A DNA stretch of 64,000 bases from Macrostomum lignano (taxonomy: Eukaryota): positions 1-64,000 of the forward strand of contig NIVC01001624.1 of NCBI GenBank assembly GCA_002269645.1, written 5' to 3'. The notes beneath the pieces are model-generated. The model did not search any database. It had not been told where the DNA came from and saw only the letters and a program-made list of their open reading frames with translations. The position numbers and the translations under genes are program-made. Position 1 is the first letter of the stretch. Each line of letters starts with the position of its first letter. Shown here piece after piece: positions 50,716 through 62,905 of the stretch.

Positions 50716-51620
50716 GGTGGGACTTCAGTGCCGGCTGGTACTCAGCCAGGTGGGACTTCAGTGCCGGCTGGTACTCAGCCAGGTGGGACTTCAGTGCCGG
50801 CTGGTACTCAGCCAGGTGGGACTTCAGTGCCGGCTGGTACTCAGCCAGGTGGGACTTCAGTGCCGGCTGGTACTCAGCCAGGTGGGACTTCAGTGCCGGC
50901 TGGTACTCAGCCAGGTGGGACTTCAGTGCCGGCTGGTACTCAGCCAGGTGGGACTTCAGTGCCGGCTGGTACTCAGCCAGGTGGGACTTCAGTGCCGGCT
51001 GGTACTCAGCCAGGTGGGACTTCAGTGCCGGCTGGTACTCAGCCAGGTGGGACTTCAGTGCCGGCTGGTACTCAGCCAGGTGGGACTTCAGTGCCGGCTG
51101 GTACTCAGCCAGGTGGGACTTCAGTGCCGGCTGGTACTCAGCCAGGTGGGACTTCAGTGCCGGCTGGTACTCAGCCAGGTGGGACTTCAGTGCCGGCTGG
51201 TACTCAGCCAGGTGGGACTTCAGTGCCGGCTGGTACTCAGCCAGGTGGGACTTCAGTGCTGGCTGGTACTCAGCCAGGTGGGACTTCAGTGCCGGCTGGT
51301 ACTCAGCCAGGTGGGACTTCAGTGCCGGCTGGTACTCAGCCAGGTGGGACTTCAGTGCTGGCTGGTACTCAGCCAGGTGGGACTTCAGTGCCGGCTGGTA
51401 CTCAGCCAGGTGGGACTTCAGTGCCGGCTGGTACTCAGCCAGGTGGGACTTCAGTGCCGGCTGGTACTCAGCCAGGTGGGACTTCAGTGCTGGCTGGTAC
51501 TCAGCCAGGTGGGACTTCAGTGCTGGCTGGTACTCAGCCAGGTGGGACTTCAGTGCCGGCTGGTACTCAGCCAGGTGGGACTTCAGTTCCGGCTGCATGG
51601 TACTCAGCCAGGTGGGACTT
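50716..51620. repeat. 33-bp minisatellite, about 27 copies
   Basis: Unit ggtgggacttcagtgc(c/t)ggctggtactcagcca. Confidence 0.97.
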
Positions 51621-52282
51621 GTGGCTTGGGTTCAAAAGTAAGAGAGTATGCAGGAAAGTACAGATGCGCATATTTATTTTTCATAAAGTTATTACAATAC
51701 TAAAATAATGTTCTTTATAGGCAATAAAATTTTCATTCAAATCGAGCTCACCAGTTTCATAGAAAAATTCAAATTAGAAAAATATTTCACTTTGCAGTAG
51801 ATCTGTTGCCCGCGGTACAACATGTACATTAAAAGAGTAAGATGTTTCACAGTGCAGCCGCAACCATTGGTAACTACACATTGACTGCTCTCTTTCATAT
51901 TCATGCCTATTTTCATGAAAATTTCAAGAATTTTTTGTAGCAGCAGAGCAAACTATGGAGTTGGCGTCTGGTTCTTGAGCAGTCTCTGCTTCGATTCCGT
52001 GGGGGATTTTAGACTTGGATGGGCAGAGATTGTAAATGCCTGTGGGTGCGAAAGTCCGGCCTGTTGTACACCCTGTGAGAGCACGTACGTCCGCATCCGG
52101 GTGCGTCAGTGGGAATTCTTCTGCCTTCAAGTCCCAATTGCATACAGCATTTTTATCTTACGAGGCTGCTCTGTGGCTGCGGCTGGATTAGAGGAAAAAC
52201 AAAAGAGATCGACCCAGAAGGTGTTCATTTACAGTAAACAGTCTGGTCGCTTAAATAAGCGGTTGATGAATCAAATACAAGC

Positions 52283-54245
52283 TCACACGCAGGCGGATGC
52301 CGCCCCGATCAGCTGGATGCTGACCCGCCCGGCGGCCTGGCTGTTGCCCCCCGCCGAGCCCTGCACTGCGGTGGCGCCGACAGCCACGAAGCTGCCACCA
52401 CCGCCGCCGCCTTCCATGCCGTTGCCGCTCGCACCGCCGCCCGAGTAGCCGCCGCCACCGCCGCCGCCTCCGGATGAGCCGCCTGACTTCTTGCCCCCTC
52501 CGCCGCCGCCTCCATAACCGCCGCTCCCGGCGTTGCCGGTCGACGTGCCGCCACCCCAGCCACCGATGCGGGAGACGCCGCCGTCGCCACTGGTGCCTCC
52601 GCTCTGAGACCCGCCGTTCGACAGCCAGCCGGCGCCACCGCCACCCGAGCCACCGCAGCAAGTCGCCGAAGCCGCCGGAGCGCCGCTCCCAGCCGTTCCG
52701 CCGCTGCCGCGGTAGTTGTCGGCCGACGCTGAGGCGCTGCCGTTCTGACCGACGGCGCCATCGACTCCCGCTGATGACTCAGCGGCTCCGCCGCCTCCGC
52801 CGGCCGCCAGCAGCAGTGACGTGGACTCGTAGACAAAACTCCCGCCGCCACCGCCGGCCCCATTATCGCTTGCAGTCGCGTCGCTGCCGGCTTCCCCGAC
52901 GACCACCGTCAGCTGCGCGCCGCTGAGCACGAAGGTCGCCTCCTTGTGGGCGCCGTTACCGCCGGGGTTCGCGCCGGAGTTCGAGCCGCCGCGGGCGCCC
53001 CACGCTCGGATTCGGTAGCAGGCGCCGGGCACGGGTGGCGAGTAGCTCTGGGGAGACGAGCTGCCTGCGGCTGTCGGGGAGGCATTGCGAAATGAACGAC
53101 TGCAATTCTCTGACAGCGCTGCAACAGCGGCTTGAACATTGTTCGGGGTTAAAAAGAGTAAACAAGCTGTGCTTACAAAGCGTCACTTCCGCGGTTGGCG
53201 TGATAGTTTGAAGTGTTGTTGTCGGAGTGGTAGTTGTCGGTGTTGTGGTAGTTGCTGTAGTTGTCGGTGTAGTTGTCGGTGTTGTTGTGGTAGTTGTCGG
53301 TGTTGTTGTGGCTGTCGGCGTTGTTGTGGTAGTTGTCGGTGTTGTTGTGGTAGTTGTCGGTGTTGTTGTGGTTGTCGGCGTTGTTGTGGTAGTTGTCGGT
53401 GTTGTTGTGGTAGTTCTCGGTGTTGTTGTGGTTGTCGGCGTTGTTGTGGTAGTTGTCGGTGTTGTTGTGGTAGTTGTCGGCGTTGTTGTGGTAGTTGTCG
53501 GTGTTGTTGTGGTTGTCGGCGTTGTGGTAGTTGTCGGTGTTGTTGTGGTAGTTGTCGGCGTTGTTGTGGTAGTTGTCGGTGTTGTTGTGGTTGTCGGCGT
53601 TTTTGTGGTAGTTGTCGGTGTTGTTGTGGTAGTTGTCGGCGTTGTTGTGGTAGTTGGTGTTGTTGTGATTGTCGGCGTTGTTGTGGTAGTTGTCGGTGTT
53701 GTTGTGGTTGTCGGCGTTGTTGTGGTAGTTGTCGGTGTTGTTGTGGTTGTCGGCGTTGTTGTGGTAGTTGTCGGTGTTGTTGTGGTTGTCGGCGTTGTTG
53801 TGGTTGTCGGCGTTGTTGTGATAGTCGTCGGTGTTCCAGCTGCGGTGGGATCGGTGTCGTTGGCACTGTCAGCCGCAGCCAGAGTGGTATCCGGGCAGCC
53901 GGGCCGATCCGCCGCCACCCAGGTGCTGCAGCCGCCGCCACCAGATGCAGTCCAGAGGCTGCGCAGGTCGCAGGCGGTGCCCATTCGGCACACGGCGGCT
54001 CCGATGTCGAACTCGGCGACCGCGCAGGCGGCCTCGACGCCGCAGAGGAGGGCGCAGGCGGCCGCGCTGACGGCCTGCCTGGCCGGGAGGTGGACGGCCG
54101 AGGCGTTCGAGCAGCAGAGACCGCGGGCCGGCAGCAGCCGGAGCCGACTGGCAGCGCAGCTGGGCTGGGCCGATGAGGCCGAGAGGAGGCTGGGCTGCAG
54201 CAGCAGCAGCAGATGTAAAAGTGTGATGAAGCCGATGTTCAGCAT
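52283..54245 (-). CDS. Secreted protein: signal peptide, PAN/apple-like domain, Thr-rich mucin stalk, ALK/LTK-type glycine-rich domain; exons 53177-54245, 52283-53130
   Basis: Signal MLNIGFITLLHLLLLLQPSLLSASSA; SAAACALLCGVEAACAVAEF...C (PAN-like); about 200 aa of PTTTT repeats; YRIRAWGARGG...LTVVVGEAG...GGGGGSFV...LLLAAGGGGG...GGGGGGSF (Gly-rich domain). 46-nt phase-1 intron T|GTAAGC...ttcaag|CC; a second in-frame acceptor lies just downstream. Confidence 0.85.
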
Positions 54246-54629
54246 CTGGCTGGACCAGCAAATTTTCGGGCCAAAAACAGTACTTGGCCAAAATCTCGCT
54301 TTATAATAGAGATGAGCTGCCGGTGCGGCGCTGGCCAGTGGCAACTCACTGCTCTGAGGTTGGCTTTGTTTTGAATCTGAAATCCTACGTCGCTTCCGTG
54401 GCACCCAGCAGTTCTTCGGGTCCGTTTCAGAGCCAGGAAATTGCCCACGTGTTTTAAAGCAGTTGGGTTTTAAAAGCAGAGGTTGTTGATTTTTGTGAAG
54501 CACCAATCAAAGCAACTCATGAAGCTCTTTGCACTGGGGGCAAGTTAACTGCTCTGTAGCAGAGCGGCAACATGTCGGACTCTGGGTTCGATTATGATCG
54601 TGTGAGTGCGTGCGTATCCGAGTTGCTCA

Positions 54630-54975
54630 GGGGTTGTAGCCTCATGGTTAGAGCGTCGGACTCAGGACTGAAAGGTCGGGGGTTCGATTCCTGACCCACC
54701 CGGAACAATTTGTGTCCTCGAGCAAGACACAATTAACTCTGCATTGCTTCAGTTCATCAAGCTGTAAAAGGGGTGCCCAGCTAGCGGAATGGGCGCCCGC
54801 GCCTTCCAGCTGTGTCCCCTCCGGGACAGCCCTGCAGTTAAGTCAAGGGGTGCCCAGCATTAGCTGGGGTAATTGAGGGAGGGTTTGTGGCGACCCCCAG
54901 CAATTGCTGCGGTGAGCTGTCGGTTGCACATCTGTCCATTGTGGCAGGTGAAATCAATTATTGCTATTCTTATCA
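54630..54975 (+). mobile_element. tRNA-derived SINE (A/B boxes, conserved central domain, LINE-like tail)
   Basis: A box TAGCCTCATGG and B box GGTTCGATTCC, then tgtgtcctcgagcaagacac...gctgtaaaagggg resembling V/Meta/CORE-type SINE cores. The tail ends aatcaattattgctatt and is shared with 987-1049. Confidence 0.8.
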
Positions 54976-55039
54976 GGGGTTGTCAGGACGGCTTGTCCTC
55001 TCGTTGACTGTTTCGTCTCGATGGGTCGCTTTCCTTCCA

Positions 55040-55272
55040 CGATCCTTCACAAGACCGAAACTTCATAAGACCGAAATTTCACATCGTAGAAAACTTAATA
55101 CAATAAGGAGCATACAGAATTTTCGGCGTTGTGAAATTTCGGTCTTATGAAGTTTCAGTCTTGTGAAAGGCCCTGCATTTTGAGTTTTCGGCGTTGTGAA
55201 ATTTCGGTCTTATGAAGTTTCGGTCTTGTGAAGTATGGTGTTTCGGCGTTGTGAAATTTCGGTCTTATGAAC
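55040..55272. repeat. Short inverted/tandem repeat cluster, probable MITE remnant
   Basis: ttcacaagaccgaaacttcataagaccgaaatttcaca (55045-55082) is followed by three reverse-complement copies of tgtgaaatttcggtcttatgaa. Confidence 0.65.
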
Positions 55273-56404
55273 CCCCCGTCTCGATTTGCGCCAGTGTCCG
55301 AAGCCCCCCCCCCCCCCTAGCAACTCTCGCCTTTGCGCCGTGATGATGTTAAGCGTCTAGGCAGGTACGCCTTGAGGCGAAGCATGAACGGGCAAACCGG
55401 TTCTCCTTATCACCAATTCATCTATTGAGTTGAGCACTTTCCCGAGGAAGGGGCTGAGCAAACCGCAGTTGGTTTGGTTGAGCAGCTCAGCCTGCCTGAG
55501 TTTGCTCGATGAAAAATTTATCCGGGAAACTCTGGAAGCGAGGAATTTTGCAAGTCAACAACTCACGGGGAGAAGGAGGCTTGAGAGCGGGGCTGCTGCT
55601 GCTGCTGGCCCTTCAAGCAGGACTGGAGACTACCATGTGGTCAGGTGATGCTGGTGACCTGTCAGTTACTCTTCATTTTTAAGAAAGGTGCCTGTAGCGA
55701 AATTAATTTTTTCCGGGTGTTGCGATCATGGACAACTAGAGTATCTAGGACTCTAGTTGTCCATGGTTGCGATGCAATTTAGCGCACCTTCCTGGAGCCC
55801 CGGTCGCATGTTTTTATTATGACCAACACGCGTCGCGCCTTAGTTTGCTATAACTGCATGAATAATTCACTGAGAACTAATACATGAGCTGCTGGCAAAG
55901 GTAAAGCAAGGCCACTCCGTCCCTCTGGCACTGGCTACGAGTACTGTAGTGCGGAAACTTGACGAAATGACTGCCCTTTCAAGTCATGTGATTACAGAAA
56001 GAAACCTGCAGTGCATCTTTTAGAAGCAGAAATAATGCGATGCAAAAATAGCTTCCAAACCGAAAGATTTATTGTTTCTATATTTAGATTTGCCAATGGG
56101 CAAAAAATCGAAATCAAGTAAAAAAAACGGTGATAAAACTTCGTGACAAAGCTTCTTTCCAGAGTTTCTCGCTAAATAGAGCTCCCTTTCATGATGCAGC
56201 AGTGAAAGATTTATTAAAAATGACTGGCTTAACACTCTCTATTATCGCTAGCTGCGCTGTCCCCCTTGCAGACAGTCGTGAGTGCAACAATAGGCAGTGC
56301 TCAAATCCTGAGCTTTGCTACCCTGCAAGCTGGATTGCTCAATTATTGTTTTTTTCAGGCTTTCACTGCTTCTTTTGGGAAAAATGTCTGACATGTGCGT
56401 TTCT

Positions 56405-56938
56405 AGTCACTAGATGGGTCACTAGATGGGTCACTAGATGGATCACTAGATGGATCACTAGAAGATGGGTTCACTAGATGGGTCACTAGAAGATGGGTTC
56501 ACTAGATGGGTCACCGGATGATGGGTCACTGGATGGGTCACTAGATAGGTCATTAGATGGGTCACTAGATAGGTCACTAGATTGGTCACTGGATGATGGG
56601 TCACTGGATGGGTCACTAGATAAGTCACTAGATGGGTCACTAGAAGATGGGTCACTGGATGATGGGTCACTGGATGATGGGTCACTGGATAGGTCACTAG
56701 AAGATGGGTCACTAGATGATGGGTCACTGGATGATGGGTCACTGGATGATGGGTCACTGGATAGGTCACTAGATGGGTCACTAGAAGATGGGTCACTAGA
56801 TGATGGGTCACTGGATGATGGGTCACTGGATGATGGGTCACTGGATGATGGGTCACTGGATAGGTCACTAGATGGGTCACTAGAAGATGGGTCACTAGAT
56901 GATGGGTCACTGGATGATGGGTCACTAGATGGGGTCAC
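56405..56938. repeat. 12-15-bp minisatellite
   Basis: Unit gggtcact(a/g)gat(gat). Confidence 0.95.
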
Positions 56939-57129
56939 TCGCGCTATCTACGTAATACAATAAATGATTCTTTTTTATCTAGTTTCTTGTGAAAAAGCAA
57001 ATTTACACAAAAAACTCTAAACATACGCTCAATTCTGAAAGTAGTATTATTAGCTAAGGGAGTGACGAATGTAGCGTTTTCAAAGATCTGTTGTTTGCCT
57101 AAAAATAACGAAGATTCTGATCTCAGAAC

Positions 57130-57352
57130 CATTCTGATCCCAGACCGAGAGTCATTCTGATCCCAGACCGAGAGTCATTCTGATCCCAGACCGAGAGTCA
57201 TTCTGATCCCAGACCGAGAGCCATTCTGATCCCAGACCGAGAGTCATTCTGATCCCAGACCGAGAGTCATTCTGATCCCAGACCGAGAGTCATTCTGATC
57301 CCAGACCGAGAGTCATTCTGATCCCAGACCGAGAGTCATTCTGATCCCAGAC
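57130..57352. repeat. 23-bp minisatellite, about 10 copies
   Basis: Unit cattctgatcccagaccgagagt. Confidence 0.95.
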
Positions 57353-58487
57353 CCTTTTCACTGCCACCATAATCCCATGAATTTAACAATCATTTTCCAG
57401 AAAAAAATTAAACGTGGTCATCTTATTTCTAAAACTTCCAAACATACTACTTGCTTGTAATCTTCTCATTATCAACAAGTTATCAACGGCTTCCCAACAA
57501 CTTTCAGTCATCAGCGCAGGGTCCTCACCCTCTCAAAAACAAATACCAGGTTCCTATTGTAAACAGCGCGAGCCTAACCTACAAATCCAAGTGCAAGAAG
57601 GAATGCACCCAGTGCCATGCACAAGTTTTGGTCCCAAGAAGAAACTAAGAATATGGCGCTCATAGCTCACTGGTTGCATCGGCAAAAAGTAATAATTTAT
57701 TCTTATGACAGCTCGAATAACTTTTCTCAAATTAAAGGGCCGAATCTCTTATAGTCAACTGGCCGATTGAAAGAGAAAACAGGAAAAGACAGTTTTTTTC
57801 TATTGAGGGAAGAGAATCGACGGTGGTCACGTGCTCCCCACCCCCTTCCTCGCGCTCAAACTCCACACGAATCCGAATGCTGCCTGCAGCTGCCTCTCTG
57901 CCCGAGAGCCCGGTTACCCCGCGGTTGCTCTTCCCCATCCCGTGTCTCGTCTCTCTCGAAATCCCTTGGAAAGGGATTAAAACTAAGGAAGTACTCAGCT
58001 GGAGAGAGATTCACTAAGCGCACTGTAAAATGTACAGTTTGCTTTCTGCTAATGCAAAGCACAGTTGGCTGAGGTTGTATTGATTTTTTATTTACCTAGA
58101 CAGGGGACTAGAGGTTTATAAAGAAAGGCATAAGCCGGTCAGCCCTCTTCACCCCATTGCCATCTATCTCTGGACAACAAAACGGAATCGTTAATCCAAT
58201 TTCCAAACCATGAAAGCAAGAATCCGTACAAAAGGATACGCAAGAAGCCAAAGGTAACCATGACCGCTTGAAAGCAAGAAGACTAAGTTTTTGGTCACAT
58301 TTTTTACTCTTAAGACTTACGGGACCTCCCAGACCGATGTTGCCCAGTCTCCAGAAGAAATTATGGCTATGTCAAGCTACCAGATAAATGGCTCATCGAA
58401 CCGACCTACTTATTGATAAAATAAATTTTTCACTGGCTTTAATGCGTTCAACAGCAATATTTGCTTTATGGTTTCTACACATTGTAG

Positions 58488-59131
58488 GGTATACATGAGA
58501 ATCTGATTGATCGGTGGTCCACTGCCCACGATAAGGACGCACTGGAATTCTATTCGTATGAGGACTTCCGCAGAAACTATTCAATTCCGGAGCTGCCAAA
58601 AAACTCGAAATCGTACGCGGCCCCATTAAATATTTGATGAAGTCGATTCTTTCGAGAACTCCATGCGGAAACTTCAAAGTGTTGTCCCTCGGCTGCGGTC
58701 CGGGCACTGACCTGCTGGCTGTTATCGAAGCGATCCAGCATGCTTTTCAAAATAATAAGCGACCACCATTTAACGAAGTCCACTGCACTGGTGTCGACCT
58801 GTACAGCTGGCCCTTGGATGAGTTCAACAATAGAAATGCTACTTTTCAACACCCGGTTCGCACGCAGTTCATCTTTGACATTGATATGAAGGACTTTATC
58901 ATCGAGACAGACGACTCATTCCACCTTATTATTCTGAGCTTCGCCGGAGTGAAGTCGAAGGTCGAATTTCTCGGCAGCGAACTTCCCCAATTGCTGCTTC
59001 CCGGAGGCAGCGCGATCGTTATCGACATCAACATCCCAGCAGTTCGGCAGCTGGAAAACTATGGATTCCAGTGTGAAGCCAGCCACCGTACTCGACAGAA
59101 AAGTCGTCTGCTCTGTGTTCGACAGAAGTGA
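58488..59131 (+). CDS. Class I SAM-dependent methyltransferase-like exon; 1-nt frameshift at about 58581; 5' exon(s) uncertain
   Basis: Motif I FKVLSLGCGPGTDLLAV, motif II CTGVDLYSW, then FIFDIDM and DSFHLIILSF. Acceptor attgtag|GGT at 58488 opens GIHENLIDRW...FRRNY, which joins (F)NSGAAKKLEIVRGPIKYLM if TAT TTC lost one T. Candidate upstream donor AAG|GTAACC at 58253. Confidence 0.7.
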
Positions 59132-59954
59132 GAGCTCCTTGATGGATGTCTGGAATCGGACTTGGAGGATGTTCTGTATTGCTCCCAGTATGACGTGAGT
59201 ACATTTTCTGTTATTACTTTTATTACAAGAAATTATGAAGCCGAATAGCTAAGTATCCAAAGTAGCCAAATAGCGAAACTGCTGAGTAGCCAAACAACTC
59301 GGACCCAACAAATTGATTCATCGAACCCACCAAAGGATAGCCGATCCCGTCCTTATAACAGATCGAACTATCAGTTACTACTGATAACCCCTCCTTATAA
59401 CAAACTTGAGCTAATAAAATCTTAAATGGAACACCTTTATACTCGTAATATATCTGATATTCTCTGTAAGCAAGCATCACTGAAATTGAGATTGACAAAA
59501 ACTGCTGCATTCCTGAATCGCATTGTTTAGGAACTTCACCGACTGGCTCGGAACATCTACTCTGGAAGCAGCGACGTCGCAAGCATTGACAAAAATTCGT
59601 GCAGCAGGCGTTTCAGAAAGAAACAACGCCAGATTTCCGCGTTTCTAACGAAGCAGTATAACCGTCGCGAAATTCTATCTTGAAATATTTATCTCTGTAA
59701 TTCTCTCTATCGCCCTCCGGTGTTTTACGTCCCCTTCCTGAGTGCCTAGCTTTGTTTTGTTTCTCACCCTCTCTGTACATAAATAGCGCGTTCTTCTCTA
59801 CCGTCAATTTGTAGAGTACTGTTGGTCATGCCGTAATGCACTACTTAAAGTATTATTCTATAAATGTCACTTTAAATTCCAATATATCTTTAGAATGAGT
59901 CATGTGCAAACAGAAGTGACTCAGAACCCTACGTAGGGCCAACGTTTTTTTGAT

Positions 59955-60838
59955 CAAGGAACCGGATTTCAGCAGCTGTATTTGCTTAACTCCATATATG
60001 GTAGTGCTCAAATATTCATGGCCCCTTTAATCAAATACGTATGACCTAAGTAAATATCCGATCTTAAAAAAAGGTTTTCCCCAAAATTTTACAATAAATA
60101 TAAGTGAATATCCTAGAAAAAAATTACGAGTAAAGGGGCGGATCAATGCGCCTTAAAGTGCAGCATGTCGCCTATAGTAGATAGCAAAGCGGCCGAAAGG
60201 TTGAAAACAAAGAGGAGGAGAGGAGAGGTGTGAGATCTGACAGCAAAATATGTTTTACTTTTATTTGTAGTCTGTCAGAGCCCCCCCTCTCAAGCGGGTT
60301 GGTGGGTGGCGGCCTGCCGATCTGAAATCCCAATTGCACTGGACCCGCGGCTCGCTCTCAGGCCTGGCTATATAGATCCTTGCAATCCGTGCCACTTGCA
60401 AGGAACCGGATTTCAGCAGCTGTATTTGCTTAACTCCATATATGGTAGTGCTCAAATATTCATGGCCCCTTTAATCAAATACGTATGACCTAAGTAAATA
60501 TCCGATCTTAAAAAAAGGTTTTCCCCAAAATTTTACAATAAATATAAGTGAATATCCTAGAAAAAAATTACGAGTAAAGGGGCGGATCAATGCGCCTTAA
60601 AGTGCAGCATGTCGCCTATAGTAGATAGCAAAGCGGCCGAAAGGTTGAAAACAAAGAGGAGGAGAGGAGAGGTGTGAGATCTGACAGCAAAATATGTTTT
60701 ACTTTTATTTGTAGTCTGTCAGAGCCCCCCTCTCAAGCGGGTTGGTGGGTGGCGGCCTGCCGATCTGAAATCCCAATTGCACTGGACCCGCGGCTCGCTC
60801 TCAGGCCTGGCTATATAGATCCTTGCAATCCGTGCCAC
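59955..60838. repeat. Near-perfect 444-bp tandem duplication
   Basis: caaggaaccggatttcagcagc... at 59955 and 60399; both copies end gcaatccgtgccac. Confidence 0.95.
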
Positions 60839-61954
60839 GTGCCCCAGGTCTTCGCAAGCCGCAACCTATCAATAGTTCTAGTCTGACTTCGCGTACTTTG
60901 AGAACAATAGCCAAAATAGCGAATAACAAATAACAAATATTAACAAAAAATAATAACAATTCGCATAAGATGCTCGCTCTAAACGATATTTTGAAAGAGT
61001 GATAGCAATCCACACTTAATTTATACTTAAATCTTAACTAAATCAAACTAAATTCTCCACTTAATACAAATTACAATAAGTGTAGAGATTTCTGCGGCGG
61101 AGTGCACATACGAATAGCTCATACTGCTACGCCTGAGCCAAAGGTAACCATGACTGCTTGTAAGCAAAAATTTATACTTTTTGGCCACTTATTGCACTCC
61201 TAATGGCGTGCGAGACCTCCCAGACCGATGTGGCCCAGTCTCCAGAAGAAATTATGGCTACGTCAAGCTACCAGATATATGGATCCTCAAACCGACCTAC
61301 TTAAAAAAATTGGAACTTCTGTTGCGATTTCATTTTCAATGGCGAATGTCTAGCACGACGGCAAGCAAAATGCATCACAGAACTGCTGCCGGCGTGTTTC
61401 TAAGAACACCCAAGAACAAGAATCCACCCGAGCCCCTTCAAATCTTCAAGATGCTGGAAAGAAATCTCCGGAGTCTTCTTCCATGCAGTGGCAGTGCTGC
61501 GATTTCATTGCTGTCAGTTTCTTCAAGCAGCTCTCCAGTCACCTCTGCTCCAGCTGCACGAGTAGCTCACGCTTCTTGATGACGCTTCGAAATTTTTATC
61601 AAATTAACGGCTAAAGACTCTCCAACAACTTGAAGTGCAACTGATTGGCATGAGCAGCTTCATCAACTCAAGAGCAAATTAATTAATTCTGCCTGTCAAA
61701 CCCTCAAGCTGGGCTCATCCTGGGCTTAAAGTCCGTTGCCAAGGTGGCGCGAAAACATTCGCAAAACAGAAGCCCCTCCACCGGCCGGGAACTCAAAGCC
61801 CCATTGGCCCGCTCGCCCATCTCGGAGCCGCGCAGACGCCCCGCCCGCCGTCGCGAGCTCCATAAAAGCCCCGCCTCCGGCCTCGCCGGGAACTCGCGCC
61901 CCTCCAGACTCCTCAGCGACATCAGCAACTCTCTCGGCTCTTCCTGTTTCTGCA

Positions 61955-62864
61955 ATGCATTTCCCTGTTCTGGTGGGCCTTCTGCTTCTTCGCGTAGTCA
62001 GTAAGTTCCTTCAGTTGTCAGGCTGTGCTGTACACCATCACTCAGTGCTGAGCACTCCGCCTGTTTAAGCATCACTCAGTGCTGAGCACTCCGCCTGTTT
62101 AAGCATCACTCAGTGCTGAGCACTCCGCCTGTTTCAGCATCACTCAGTGCTGAGCACTCCGCCTATTTCAGCATCACTCAGTGCTGAGCACTCCGCCTCT
62201 TTCAGCATCACTCATTGCTAAGCACTCTGTCTGTTTCAGCATCACTCAGTGCTGAGCACTCCGCCTGTTTCAGCATCACTCAGTGCTAAGCACTCCGCCT
62301 ATTTCAGCATCACTCAGTGCTAAGCACTCTGTCTGTTTCAGCATCACTCAGTGCTGAGCACTCCGCCTGTTTCAGCATCACTCAGTGCTGAGCACTCCGC
62401 CTGTTTCAGCATCACTCAGTGCTAAGCACTCTGTCTGTTTCAGCATCACTCAGTGCTGAGCACTCCGCCTCTTTCAGCATCACTCATTGCTAAGCACTCC
62501 GCCTGTTTCAGTGGCATCGGCCTCAAGCGGCCAGGAGTTCAACCTGGTCCCCAGCCGCTTCCTGGTGCTGAATGACACGTTCAGCGTCAGCATGTTCAGC
62601 GAGTCCGGCATCCGCTCCGATGCCGAGTGCCTGACGTGGTGCCGAAGGAGAGGCTGCGCCGCTGCGGTGGTGAACATGACCAGCCACGTCTGCCTGATGG
62701 CCGTCATCAATGATGAGTCATCGGGACAGCCGGGCCCTGACGGAAGTCACGTGACCAGGCACCTGGGCTCGCGCGGCGACGCTGCAGTGAGGGTGTGGAC
62801 GGCGGACGACTTTGAGTCGCAGCTGCGGAATCGGGCCTTCGAGCAGGTGCTCCGAAGTGAGTGA
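61955..62864 (+). CDS. Small secreted PAN/apple-like protein; exons 61955-62000 and 62512-62864 (may continue via the donor at 62857)
   Basis: Signal-like MHFPVLVGLLLLRVV with donor A|GTAAGT; acceptor gtttcag|TG in phase 1; SDAECLTWCRRRGCAAAVVNMTSHVCLM is a PAN-like cysteine pattern. The stop overlaps a perfect GTGAGT donor. Confidence 0.7.
62037..62511. repeat. 34-bp minisatellite, about 14 copies, forming the 3' part of the intron
   Basis: Unit catcactcagtgctgagcactccgcctgttt(c/a)ag. Confidence 0.95.
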
Positions 62865-62905
62865 AGCTGACAGGTGTGAGTGAAGCTGACAGGTGTGAGT
62901 GAATC

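Noticed and set aside
50536-51708. GGTSVPAGTQP / LKSHLAEYQPA repeat ORFs
   Set aside because: 33-bp array open in multiple frames on both strands, with AT-rich non-coding flanks.
53139-54306. Cys-rich (CCGSCR) and poly-Val ORFs
   Set aside because: Antisense or off-frame shadows of the Thr-mucin repeat.
54630-54702. tRNA gene
   Set aside because: A and B boxes are present but the anticodon and acceptor stems pair poorly, and it continues into a SINE body.
55370-55650. Possible two small minus-strand exons (...QQQQQPRSQASFSP | KLRQAELLNQTNCGLL...) joined by a GTGAGT intron
   Set aside because: Phase-compatible but no recognisable domain, start or continuation; insufficient support.
56458-56963. 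SSDP / LDDGS repeat ORFs resembling dentin sialophosphoprotein
   Set aside because: Minisatellite open on both strands, with no signal peptide or exon context.
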